The translations under genes and the position numbers were made by a program. This document shows positions 49,326 through 57,989 of a stretch of DNA of 64,000 nucleotides, one piece after another. Source of the DNA: a bacterium (GTDB lineage Bacteria > JAMCPX01); assembly GCA_037439545.1 (NCBI GenBank), contig JBBIVV010000001.1:1-64000 (forward strand). The letters are read 5' to 3'. The number at the start of each line of letters is the position of its first letter. Within the stretch, counting starts at the first letter, position 1. The notes under the pieces are model-generated. The model was given only the letters and a program-made list of their open reading frames with translations. It searched no databases and was not told the origin of the DNA.

Positions 49326-50486
49326 ATGCCTATTTATGATGATTATAAAAATGAAAATATGAATAATGTGGTAAACAGGGCGTACAAGTTTGAGTCTAAT
49401 AAACTCCGGGACAATCAACGCGTGAAAACTGAGAACCAGAGATTGAAAGACAATATAAAAGTTCATGAAACAACAACTGAAGAAGAGCTGAAGAAAAAAG
49501 AGTCATATTTTCGCTCAATTATCGAAGATTCCCAGGATATCATTACCGTTTTGAACAATGACGGGACCATCCAATATGAGAGTCCTGCCATAGAACAGGT
49601 GCTTGGCTATAAACAGCAAGAACTAATAGGGAAAAATGTATTCGAATTTATTCACCCTGATGAGAGACAGAGAGTTATTGAAATCTTCATAGAAGGTATC
49701 AAAGAAGCCGGCCACACAGAGGTAATGGAGCTGCGCTTTAAACATAAAGACGACTCATGGCGTTTTCTTGAAGCCAAAGCCAAGAACCTGCTCGATAAAG
49801 ATGAAGTAACGGGTATTGCCATCAGTTCCAGGGACATCTCAGAACGTAAGAATTACGAGGACGAATTGCGTAAAAGAAACCATGAACTTAATTTACTGCA
49901 TGCAGACTTTGAAGAACTGTTTTTAGGGACTGTCAAAGTCTTGTCGAACGCACTCGATGCCAAATCAAAATGGACTGCCGGACATGCAGAGAGGGTCACG
50001 AAATATGCAGTCGCAATCGGGAAAGAAATGGGCCTTGAGGAAAAGTCATTGAAGGAACTTGAGATTGCAGGACTACTGCATGATATAGGAAAAATGGAGA
50101 CCTATATAGACCTTCTTGACAAGAAGGGAGAACTTACTGTCGAAGAAATAGAATTGATTCGGCATCATCCTGTCAAAGGCGCAGAAATACTTTCTCCTAT
50201 AAAACAATTGAAGGATGTTATTCTTGCCGTAAAAAACCACCATGAGTTTTATGACGGCACAGGTTACCCCGATGGTTTAAAAGGAGTAGAAATACCGTTT
50301 TATGCAAGGATTCTGACAGTTGCAGATTCAGTCGATGCAATGTCTTCGGACAGACCTTACAGGAAAAGCAAGGCAAAGAATGAAATCATTGCCGAGTTGA
50401 CCAGAGGATCGGGCAAACAGTTCGATCCTGAAATTGTTCAAGTTTTTTTACGGATCTACCCCGCGATTGGCTGGGACAATAAATAA
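49326..50486 (+). CDS. PAS plus HD-GYP cyclic dinucleotide phosphodiesterase
   Basis: PAS (LGY..ELIG..FIHPDE), GHAERV, LLHDIGK, HHEFYDGTGYP, ADSVDAMSSDRPYR. Confidence 0.92.
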   Translation: MPIYDDYKNENMNNVVNRAYKFESNKLRDNQRVKTENQRLKDNIKVHETTTEEELKKKESYFRSIIEDSQDIITVLNNDGTIQYESPAIEQVLGYKQQELIGKNVFEFIHPDERQRVIEIFIEGIKEAGHTEVMELRFKHKDDSWRFLEAKAKNLLDKDEVTGIAISSRDISERKNYEDELRKRNHELNLLHADFEELFLGTVKVLSNALDAKSKWTAGHAERVTKYAVAIGKEMGLEEKSLKELEIAGLLHDIGKMETYIDLLDKKGELTVEEIELIRHHPVKGAEILSPIKQLKDVILAVKNHHEFYDGTGYPDGLKGVEIPFYARILTVADSVDAMSSDRPYRKSKAKNEIIAELTRGSGKQFDPEIVQVFLRIYPAIGWDNK

Positions 50487-50506
50487 TGCATTCCTGTGAT
50501 TAATTG

Positions 50507-50542
50507 TTGACATCAGTAAAATATTATTTATAATCATTACAG
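50507..50542 (+). promoter_or_regulatory. Sigma70 promoter with overlapping PerR/Fur-like 7-1-7 box
   Basis: TTGACA (50507-50512), 16 nt spacer, TATAAT (50529-50534). TTATAATCATTACAG (50528-50542) vs PerR consensus TTATAATnATTATAA. Confidence 0.6.
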
Positions 50543-50592
50543 AAAGAATTCGCACTGCAAACAGCCGTGTTACTTTTAAAATGGAGGTTTGT

Positions 50593-51672
50593 ATGAGGCA
50601 TGTAAAATTGTTCATGTCGTTTATATTTTTGTTTATTCAGTCAGTTCTCATGATCAATGCGAATGCAGATGGATTATCAGGTTCAGCTTTCACAACTATC
50701 AATATTCATTCCCTTGGCCCGCAAAGAATCGGTGATTTACGGTCTGTGCCGGTTCCTGTCGGCAATCCGCAATCGCCGATGAAGATTGTGCTTGGGAAAC
50801 AGCTTTATTTTGATACGCGTCTGTCAAAGAACGACACGATAAGCTGTGCAACGTGTCATAGTCCGTTTATGGGCTGGTCTGATGCAGGACCGACAAGTAC
50901 AGGTATTCATGGTCAAAAAGGTCCTCGCAGGGCTCCACCTGTTTCAGATGCGGCTTACAGCTCTTTACAGTTCTGGGACGGCAGGGCAGCAAGCCTTGAA
51001 GAGCAGGCAGAAGGTCCTATGCAGAACCCTGTGGAGATGGGCAATACGCTCGATAATGTAGTTAAGACGCTGAACGGTATCCCCGGTTATGTAGAAGAAT
51101 TCAAACAGGTGTTTGGAGAAACTCCTATCACTATAGAGCAGGTCGTTAAAGCCATAGCAGCATTCGAACGTACTGTGGTGACAAGCGATTCCCCCTTTGA
51201 CAGGTATGTCAAGGGTGATGATAACGCCCTTACGGATGACGAGAAAGAGGGTCTTGAGATCTTCAACGGTAAGGCGCATTGCACGGCATGCCATTGGGGC
51301 GGTTATTTCAGCGACGGAAGGTTCCATAACCTCGGTACTGCACAGACCGGCCCGTTAAAAGTGGATGATGGAAGATATGCAATAACGCAAGATCAGGAAG
51401 ATAGGGGCGCATTTAAGACGCCCACTATACGGGATGCTGTCAGACGCCCGCCTTATATGCACGATGGGTCCGAGAAGACGCTTGAAGAGGTAGTGGAGTT
51501 CTACAACAAGGGCGGTGGAGACGATCCGAATCTTGACCCATTGATTGTACCGCTTGGACTCTCAAATGAAGAGAAAAAAGATCTTGTCTTGTTTATGGAA
51601 GCGGCACTCATAAGCCTTAACCCCGGGGTTGCCGGAGTAACGCCTATTCCGCCGTCCGTATTGCCTAAATAG
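50593..51672 (+). CDS. Di-heme cytochrome c peroxidase / MauG family protein
   Basis: Signal peptide; LGKQLYFDTRLS, CATCH, QFWDGRA..LEEQA, CTACH, FKTPTIR, PYMHDG, VVEFYNKGG. Confidence 0.92.
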   Translation: MRHVKLFMSFIFLFIQSVLMINANADGLSGSAFTTINIHSLGPQRIGDLRSVPVPVGNPQSPMKIVLGKQLYFDTRLSKNDTISCATCHSPFMGWSDAGPTSTGIHGQKGPRRAPPVSDAAYSSLQFWDGRAASLEEQAEGPMQNPVEMGNTLDNVVKTLNGIPGYVEEFKQVFGETPITIEQVVKAIAAFERTVVTSDSPFDRYVKGDDNALTDDEKEGLEIFNGKAHCTACHWGGYFSDGRFHNLGTAQTGPLKVDDGRYAITQDQEDRGAFKTPTIRDAVRRPPYMHDGSEKTLEEVVEFYNKGGGDDPNLDPLIVPLGLSNEEKKDLVLFMEAALISLNPGVAGVTPIPPSVLPK

Positions 51673-51683
51673 AGGAGAACTCA

Positions 51684-52940
51684 ATGAAAAGAATTTATAT
51701 TTTTATATTGATAATCTCTGCCATAACATTTTTTATGCCCGATAGAGCACACGCTATACCTGCTTTTGCAAGGAAATATGGATTTACCTGCACCATGTGT
51801 CATACTGCGTACCCGAAGCTCAATGACTTTGGACAGAGGTTCAGGGACAATGGCTATCAGATACCCGGGCAGGAGGGTTATGAAAAGAATGTTTTTGAAA
51901 TAGCACCGCCAATATCTTTAAGAACCACGACAGGGTTGACCATCTATGATTCAAAGCAGGGAACAACGTCAGGTTTCAATATTTATGGTCTTGATCTGCT
52001 CGCCGCAGGAGTATTGCATAAAAACATATCGTTTTTACTCATCTATACTCCGAGGATTGACGAACCCGCGGCAGATTACACGGGTCCCCAGGGAACCAAC
52101 CCATCACAGCTCGGTTCAATGGAATCGGCAAACATTGTGTTCAGCAATATCATCCATGACGCACTCAATCTGAGGATAGGGAGATTTGAACCGGCTTATC
52201 AGGCAATCAGTTCGCACCGATCGTTCTATATTATGGAACCTTATGAGGTGTATACATTTACCACGCCTTCAAACAGCTTTGTATTTGCAGACAATCAAAT
52301 GGGTGCCGAGGCTACGGGACATTTCAGGAGCGGATTTAAATACGCACTCGGTGTTGTTAATGGTAATGGCGGTAATCCTGATAACAACACCTATAAAGAT
52401 GTTTATGCGAATCTGTTTCAGGTAATAGGAAAAGGCGATGGACAGAGTGCGGGTCAGAGAATAGGCGTGTTCGGTTATTACGGCTGGCAGCCTGCTGTTC
52501 TGCCGGGGCCTGCAGCTGCACCGACAGGTGAGACGAATGGCGGCGGCAACAAGCCTTTCTACAGGCTCGGTGCAGATTTAAGCTTTAATTGGTCTACATT
52601 AAATTTTGAGGTGTTATATATGGCAGGCGTTGATGATAAGGCGCTTAACACATTGGATCCTACGAAAGGCTATGTTTATTCAGGAGGGTTTGCAGAGCTT
52701 GATTGGGCATTGCTTACCAATAACGGTCTTATAGCCTCTATAATTTACAATTGGGTCATACCTCCGGATTATGATAATGCCAGAACAGTCAACGCGTACT
52801 CGGTTCTTATGAGGTATTATCTTGGAGATTGGACAGCATACAACATCGCTTTACACGGCGAATATACCTACAGAGAAACGGGAAAGAACAGCCCACGAAG
52901 GGAAAATCTATTCACCGCATTAGTGGATTTTGCTTTCTGA
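51684..52940 (+). CDS. Cyc2-like monoheme cytochrome c / porin fusion (outer membrane)
   Basis: Signal peptide then AIPAFARKYG..CTMCH..PKLNDFG..F..NGY; long beta-strand-rich body with terminal Phe (VDFAF). Confidence 0.8.
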   Translation: MKRIYIFILIISAITFFMPDRAHAIPAFARKYGFTCTMCHTAYPKLNDFGQRFRDNGYQIPGQEGYEKNVFEIAPPISLRTTTGLTIYDSKQGTTSGFNIYGLDLLAAGVLHKNISFLLIYTPRIDEPAADYTGPQGTNPSQLGSMESANIVFSNIIHDALNLRIGRFEPAYQAISSHRSFYIMEPYEVYTFTTPSNSFVFADNQMGAEATGHFRSGFKYALGVVNGNGGNPDNNTYKDVYANLFQVIGKGDGQSAGQRIGVFGYYGWQPAVLPGPAAAPTGETNGGGNKPFYRLGADLSFNWSTLNFEVLYMAGVDDKALNTLDPTKGYVYSGGFAELDWALLTNNGLIASIIYNWVIPPDYDNARTVNAYSVLMRYYLGDWTAYNIALHGEYTYRETGKNSPRRENLFTALVDFAF

Positions 52941-52942
52941 TG

Positions 52943-53965
52943 TTACTCGCTGAAGCTGTAACTTAATCCTCCAATCCAGATAACCTGCGGTGCGGTAGAG
53001 AAAGAGCCTGTTGTTACCCTGTCAGACACTTTCTTTGAAACGGACAATTCTGCAGCTATAGCAATCCGCAATCCCCTGACCGGCGTGTAGAATAGTATGC
53101 CCGGTGTAATGTATAAAGGATTTTGATTCCATGATACACTCGAAAATGATGGATCGGTCAATGAATAAGAGCTGTAGCTGTCTGTAAATTGCGATGTAAA
53201 TTCGAGCATGGGTTCTATGTAATATTCCGGCAATGGGAATAAAAGCGAAATTCCCAGCAAGGTAAGTCCGTCTCCCCGTATACCCATAGCATATTTTCCA
53301 AGAGGAGGAATGAGATTGTTATCAGTCGAAGATAAGAGATTTTGTGTGTTATCCCACAGATAACCTATACGCAAGGTTGCAATAAGCGGGAATGACAGCT
53401 TCGATTTACTCATATCATAAGATGCAAGCAGACTCAGGGTATAGCTTGCTGCATTGCCATTGTATCCAATGGCTCCAACCTTGCTGTAAAGCAGGGCTTC
53501 CGTCAGGATACCGATACTCAGGTCCGGTATTACTTCATAGCTTCCCTTTATACCTATCTTTAAGTCGCCGGAATAATGTAAGGATTGTGATGAAGTAACA
53601 ATACTTGAAGAATCGAGAGAACCGAGAGATATTTCAAGATACTGAAGCGGTGCATACGATAGTGCTCCATACACGGTATTGTTCTCGAGTTTATTGCCTT
53701 GTCCTAAAAAATTATTCTGCGATGCATACGCATCATATACGGCAATATTGGCCCTTCCTTTCGTTATAAACGCCGACGGGACATTGATAGAACCGCTCTG
53801 ACCTGTGACAGAAACCTCTGTTCCCCTTGAAAGAGCGTTATGGCTCTCTATGGTATCAAAAGATGGGACAGTGATTGAATTGTTTTGACCTGTTGCAGGA
53901 GACTCTGCGCCTGCAACCCCGGTAAATAGTATAAGACATAAAAGAGTAATGACATAGGTTTTCAT
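52943..53965 (-). CDS. Hypothetical secreted protein, probable outer-membrane beta-barrel
   Basis: Signal peptide (GVAGA), amphipathic strands, ends WIGGLSYSFSE. Confidence 0.6.
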   Translation of the reverse strand: MKTYVITLLCLILFTGVAGAESPATGQNNSITVPSFDTIESHNALSRGTEVSVTGQSGSINVPSAFITKGRANIAVYDAYASQNNFLGQGNKLENNTVYGALSYAPLQYLEISLGSLDSSSIVTSSQSLHYSGDLKIGIKGSYEVIPDLSIGILTEALLYSKVGAIGYNGNAASYTLSLLASYDMSKSKLSFPLIATLRIGYLWDNTQNLLSSTDNNLIPPLGKYAMGIRGDGLTLLGISLLFPLPEYYIEPMLEFTSQFTDSYSSYSLTDPSFSSVSWNQNPLYITPGILFYTPVRGLRIAIAAELSVSKKVSDRVTTGSFSTAPQVIWIGGLSYSFSE

Positions 53966-54012
53966 AACCTCTCCTTTTTTGATTTCTTATATAACAGGTG
54001 TACGCACAAGTT

Positions 54013-55098
54013 TCAATGTTTGCTTTTATGTTTGTACCGGTGTTTGATTTGCGCAGGACTTTTCAAGGTATGACTATGTTTTGTGTTTATGTAATCCTTG
54101 GCCCACGGATCATCTTTGTAAGATTCTATCCAGTCAATCTTCTTGAAGTATTTGGAACAGTAAAAGCAGGAGAAGTAATCAAGTTCCGTAATACCGCCGT
54201 TCTTTATCAGGTCTATCTTATCTTTGTTGAATTTGTTAATCGCGTCTGCCCACATTTTATGCGCATCAAACAGGCTGACCGTGTTAAGGTCTGCTATTAT
54301 ATCGAGTTCGTCCGGCGACCCCGTGTAGCCGGATATCTGGCAGCAGAAGGTAAGCCTGCCTTTGTAATCAATATTCGGCGAGTACATGGTGAGCGCCCTG
54401 CACTGGTAGAACAGGACGGGCTCATGATGTCCGAGAGAAAAGTTTATATCGATCTTCATTATGCTCTTTAACTTCTCGACCCTCTGTTCCGCTTCCCTGT
54501 ATTGTTCGGGAGATAGTACGAGGTCCTGTTCGAATGCGAGGGGGGTCGGCTCAAGGTGCGCATAGAAAAGCCTTTTCAGACCGAGTTCAGATGCAAGGAC
54601 CGCCATTTTTTCTATGTCATCGAAGTTTTTTTTATTTACCGTGATCTGAACGCTTATGTCGATGCCTTTTACCTTCAGTATGCTTATTGCCTGCATTATC
54701 TTTCTGAACGAGCCTTTTCCTCTGATATAATCATGGGTCTCGTCCGTTGCACCGTCTAAAGAAATAGAAATGCCGGATAGTTTACCGAGCCTGCCCGGTG
54801 ATTCCGGGTCATTCAGCGTTTTCCATACAGAGGGAAAGTTCCATGCATTTGTGACAAAATGGTATGTATATCCATACCGGACAACTGTATCTATGATCTT
54901 ATCGAACTGGGGATGCAGCGTCGGCTCACCTCCGGTAAAGGCAATGTGCTTAAGGTTGTATGACTTTGCCTGCTTCAGGATCTTATCGAAAAGTTCGAGT
55001 GATATATAACTCTTCATATCGACCTTATCCCTTAAACAGTGCCTGCAGGATAGATTGCATTTATTGGTAAGCTCAAAGCTCATTTCATAAAATGACAT
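54013..55098 (-). CDS. Radical SAM enzyme with SPASM/twitch-like C-terminal Cys domain
   Basis: CNLSCRHC, TGGEPTL, ISLDG..HD.IRG.GSF; C-terminal QC..NIDYKGRLTFCC..CFYC. Confidence 0.88.
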   Translation of the reverse strand: MSFYEMSFELTNKCNLSCRHCLRDKVDMKSYISLELFDKILKQAKSYNLKHIAFTGGEPTLHPQFDKIIDTVVRYGYTYHFVTNAWNFPSVWKTLNDPESPGRLGKLSGISISLDGATDETHDYIRGKGSFRKIMQAISILKVKGIDISVQITVNKKNFDDIEKMAVLASELGLKRLFYAHLEPTPLAFEQDLVLSPEQYREAEQRVEKLKSIMKIDINFSLGHHEPVLFYQCRALTMYSPNIDYKGRLTFCCQISGYTGSPDELDIIADLNTVSLFDAHKMWADAINKFNKDKIDLIKNGGITELDYFSCFYCSKYFKKIDWIESYKDDPWAKDYINTKHSHTLKSPAQIKHRYKHKSKH

Positions 55099-55107
55099 GT
55101 TTTCTCC

Positions 55108-56067
55108 TTATTCCTTTATACCGTCTAACACGATCAAAGGATTTTTCAAAAGATCCCTGCCGCAGAAACACCGGTAGGCTTTCGTCTGATGCAAGAGTAT
55201 CTTTAATGCATGCATATGGCGGTCTGCATGTATCTTATTGAAAAATACCATAAGTGATTGAGGCAGAAGCATTGACATTGCCTGTGTTTCGCCGATGGGT
55301 TCCGTTATCGTTTTTTTGGTGCCTGTACGCTCAACGAAAAGTATAATATCAGGTGTGATACTATCAATCGTTTTGAAATTTCCGTAGGGTATGGATGATT
55401 TTTTAAAAGGTGGTCTTGGCAGGCGCACATCTTTTAAGAGATGACTGAAATGCCGGATCGTATTTCCGGTTACATGGATATCTTTTTTAAAACCGATTGC
55501 TGATATTCTGTTCTTGCCCTGCTTCATGAGTACGGCATCATCGGCACACATCTTCCAGCCGTTGAAAGCAAGTCCGAGGGTAAGCGTCGTTTTTCCCGAC
55601 ATGCCCATTCCGCACACGAGGATAGAATGCCTGCCGTCGGTAACAGCTCCGGCATGCAGGTAATAGAGTTTATGATGCCTGAGGAGCTCTATGAGAGCTA
55701 TTGTCAGAAAAATCGACACGAATTCAGTACCCCTTTTCAGGGTTGCAGAATCGACAAAAGCAATTGATTTTCCTTCTTTTGCATGAACGATCATAAAAGT
55801 ATTATCGTCCGATAATAACAGGGTATCATCATCAAGAATATATCCTTTTATTCTGCCGTAGGTAAATAATAACGTAGTGCTCGCATCGGGTTTCAACGGT
55901 ATCTTATGTGAAGTATAAAGTTTTATGTTTATATCATGAGGCTCGTTGCCGGATTGTGATGCGTTATATCCCGCAAAGAATGCCTTTACAGTGCCGAGCA
56001 ATACCTGTTCATCCGCTTCGATCAATATTCTTATTCCGGATATTTGAAATGAGAATCTTAAGTCCAT
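55108..56067 (-). CDS. HPr kinase-related P-loop kinase
   Basis: LHAGAV, Walker A GMGMSGKTT, ADD motif; no HprK N-terminal DRTGG domain. Confidence 0.8.
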   Translation of the reverse strand: MDLRFSFQISGIRILIEADEQVLLGTVKAFFAGYNASQSGNEPHDINIKLYTSHKIPLKPDASTTLLFTYGRIKGYILDDDTLLLSDDNTFMIVHAKEGKSIAFVDSATLKRGTEFVSIFLTIALIELLRHHKLYYLHAGAVTDGRHSILVCGMGMSGKTTLTLGLAFNGWKMCADDAVLMKQGKNRISAIGFKKDIHVTGNTIRHFSHLLKDVRLPRPPFKKSSIPYGNFKTIDSITPDIILFVERTGTKKTITEPIGETQAMSMLLPQSLMVFFNKIHADRHMHALKILLHQTKAYRCFCGRDLLKNPLIVLDGIKE

Positions 56068-56762
56068 TATGAAAAAAGCCTTCTCGCAAGTTCTAATCTA
56101 TCAATTTTGCCGATATCGATCCATAAGCCATTATGCACATATCCGGCAATAAGCCCGTTATTTTTAAGCAGCCCGGGATACATATGCACGGTTGTGGAAG
56201 GCTGTTTAATATTTACCGGTATATAATCCATTACGGATGGTTTTACGAATTGAATCCCGGTAAATATATAGGGGGAAGTATCGGGGGAGGGGGTAAAAAG
56301 GCTTTTAATATATCCCTTACGGTCGAGATAGATGTTTGCGATATTAACCTCATTCTGTTTTGCTTTATAGAGCACCATGACGGCATCGGCACCTCTGTCG
56401 TTCAACAGTGGAGGCAGGAGAGAAAGGTCGATGTCGAATAAAATATCGCTGTTTATGAGATAAAATGGCTCATCAAGGAATTTTTTTGCCCACAACAGTG
56501 CACCTGCAGTCCCCTGAATCTCAGGCTCATAGGAATAATGCAGATCTATTCCCTGTATTGAGCTGTTACCGAGTTTCTCCCGGATCATTTCTCCAAGATG
56601 ATGAAGGTTTATGATTACACTTTTCACGCCCGCCTTTTTTAGGGCGGCAAGCGTATGTTCGATGACCGGTTTGCCGTTTATATCGACAAGAGGCTTTGGA
56701 ATGCTTTCAGTGATGGGCTTAAGCCTCGTTCCAAAGCCGGCTGCAAGTATCATTGCTTTCAT
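56067..56762 (-). CDS. Sugar-phosphate nucleotidyltransferase (MurU/NDP-sugar synthase-like)
   Basis: MKAMILAAGFGTRLKPIT..PKPL, GTAGAL, INSD, WIDIG. Confidence 0.88.
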   Translation of the reverse strand: MKAMILAAGFGTRLKPITESIPKPLVDINGKPVIEHTLAALKKAGVKSVIINLHHLGEMIREKLGNSSIQGIDLHYSYEPEIQGTAGALLWAKKFLDEPFYLINSDILFDIDLSLLPPLLNDRGADAVMVLYKAKQNEVNIANIYLDRKGYIKSLFTPSPDTSPYIFTGIQFVKPSVMDYIPVNIKQPSTTVHMYPGLLKNNGLIAGYVHNGLWIDIGKIDRLELARRLFS

Positions 56763-56984
56763 GATTATCCTATTAACATAAAACAATTAAAACAAAATAA
56801 CAACAGAGAGCCTATGCCAGGGTGCGCATGGAATGCGGTTGCATGTTTGTGAGCTGTGGCTCGATCGGTTTCTTGCAAAAAAATATATATTATGATATAA
56901 GTTAAAAACTTCTTTGTTGAAGCATTATCATTAAAAATACATGCCATGGTGCATGAAAGTATAACACTATACGGAGGTGTCGGT

Positions 56985-57947
56985 TTGAAGTCATTGATTA
57001 CAGGCGGGGCCGGGTTTATCGGTTCACATTTATGCGAGGAACTTTTAAAGAGGGGAGACGAACTCTTCATACTGGATAATCTGTCGACGGGCAGTATGGA
57101 TAATATAAAGCATATAAAAGACAGGAAAGGCTTTAACCTGATCATAGATTCGGTATTAAATAAACCTGTGCTCGAAGAATTGATGAGTAAATCAGACAGG
57201 GTATTCCATCTCGCTGCTGCCGTCGGAGTCAAATTGATCATGGAAAAGCCCGTCGATACCATTGAAACAAATGTTCTTGGTACGGAGAATGTATTGAGTC
57301 TTGCAAACAAATACCGGAAAAAAGTGCTTATTGCATCTACATCGGAGGTATACGGCAAGCACAAGGATCATACATTGAATGAACTCAGCAACATGGTTTT
57401 GGGTCCGACAAGGAAAAGAAGATGGGCTTATGCATGTACCAAGGCGCTGGATGAGTTTCTTGCGTTCGCTTACTTTGACGAGAAGAAATTGCCCGTCGTT
57501 GTGGTAAGATTTTTCAATACAATCGGTCCACGGCAGACGGGGCAATATGGAATGGTCGTTCCAAAATTTATAAAAAGTGCGCTTCTCGGTAACCCCATAA
57601 CGGTATTTGGAAACGGCACACAGTCCAGAAGCTTTACGTATGTAAAAGATGCGGTAAGAGCTGTGCTTATGCTTATGGACAATCCTGCCGCCGAGGGCGA
57701 AGTATTTAACATAGGCGATGGAAGGGAAATAACCGTGCTCGAACTTGCAAAAAAAATAAAAGAGCTTACCAAAAGTTCCTCGGAGATTACTTTTGTTTCT
57801 TATGATGATGCTTATGGCAAGGGATTTGAAGATATGGAGAGACGTGCTCCTGACATATCCAAGATACGGCAATTGATAGGCTATGAACCGTCGGTCAACC
57901 TCAATCAGAGTTTAGAGATTATCATTCAACATATGAAGAACGGATAA
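56985..57947 (+). CDS. NAD-dependent nucleotide-sugar epimerase/dehydratase (extended SDR)
   Basis: ITGGAGFIGSH, HLAA, ASTSEVYG, YACTK, RFFNTIGPRQ; TTG start after ggagg. Confidence 0.9.
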   Translation: MKSLITGGAGFIGSHLCEELLKRGDELFILDNLSTGSMDNIKHIKDRKGFNLIIDSVLNKPVLEELMSKSDRVFHLAAAVGVKLIMEKPVDTIETNVLGTENVLSLANKYRKKVLIASTSEVYGKHKDHTLNELSNMVLGPTRKRRWAYACTKALDEFLAFAYFDEKKLPVVVVRFFNTIGPRQTGQYGMVVPKFIKSALLGNPITVFGNGTQSRSFTYVKDAVRAVLMLMDNPAAEGEVFNIGDGREITVLELAKKIKELTKSSSEITFVSYDDAYGKGFEDMERRAPDISKIRQLIGYEPSVNLNQSLEIIIQHMKNG

Positions 57948-57989
57948 TTTGCCCCGTGTGGAGACGTAGTCCTCCAACAGTGTTTACCG

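Noticed and set aside
56763..56945. Precursor peptide for the radical SAM/kinase operon
   Set aside because: Only very short ORFs without an RBS or leader-like features.
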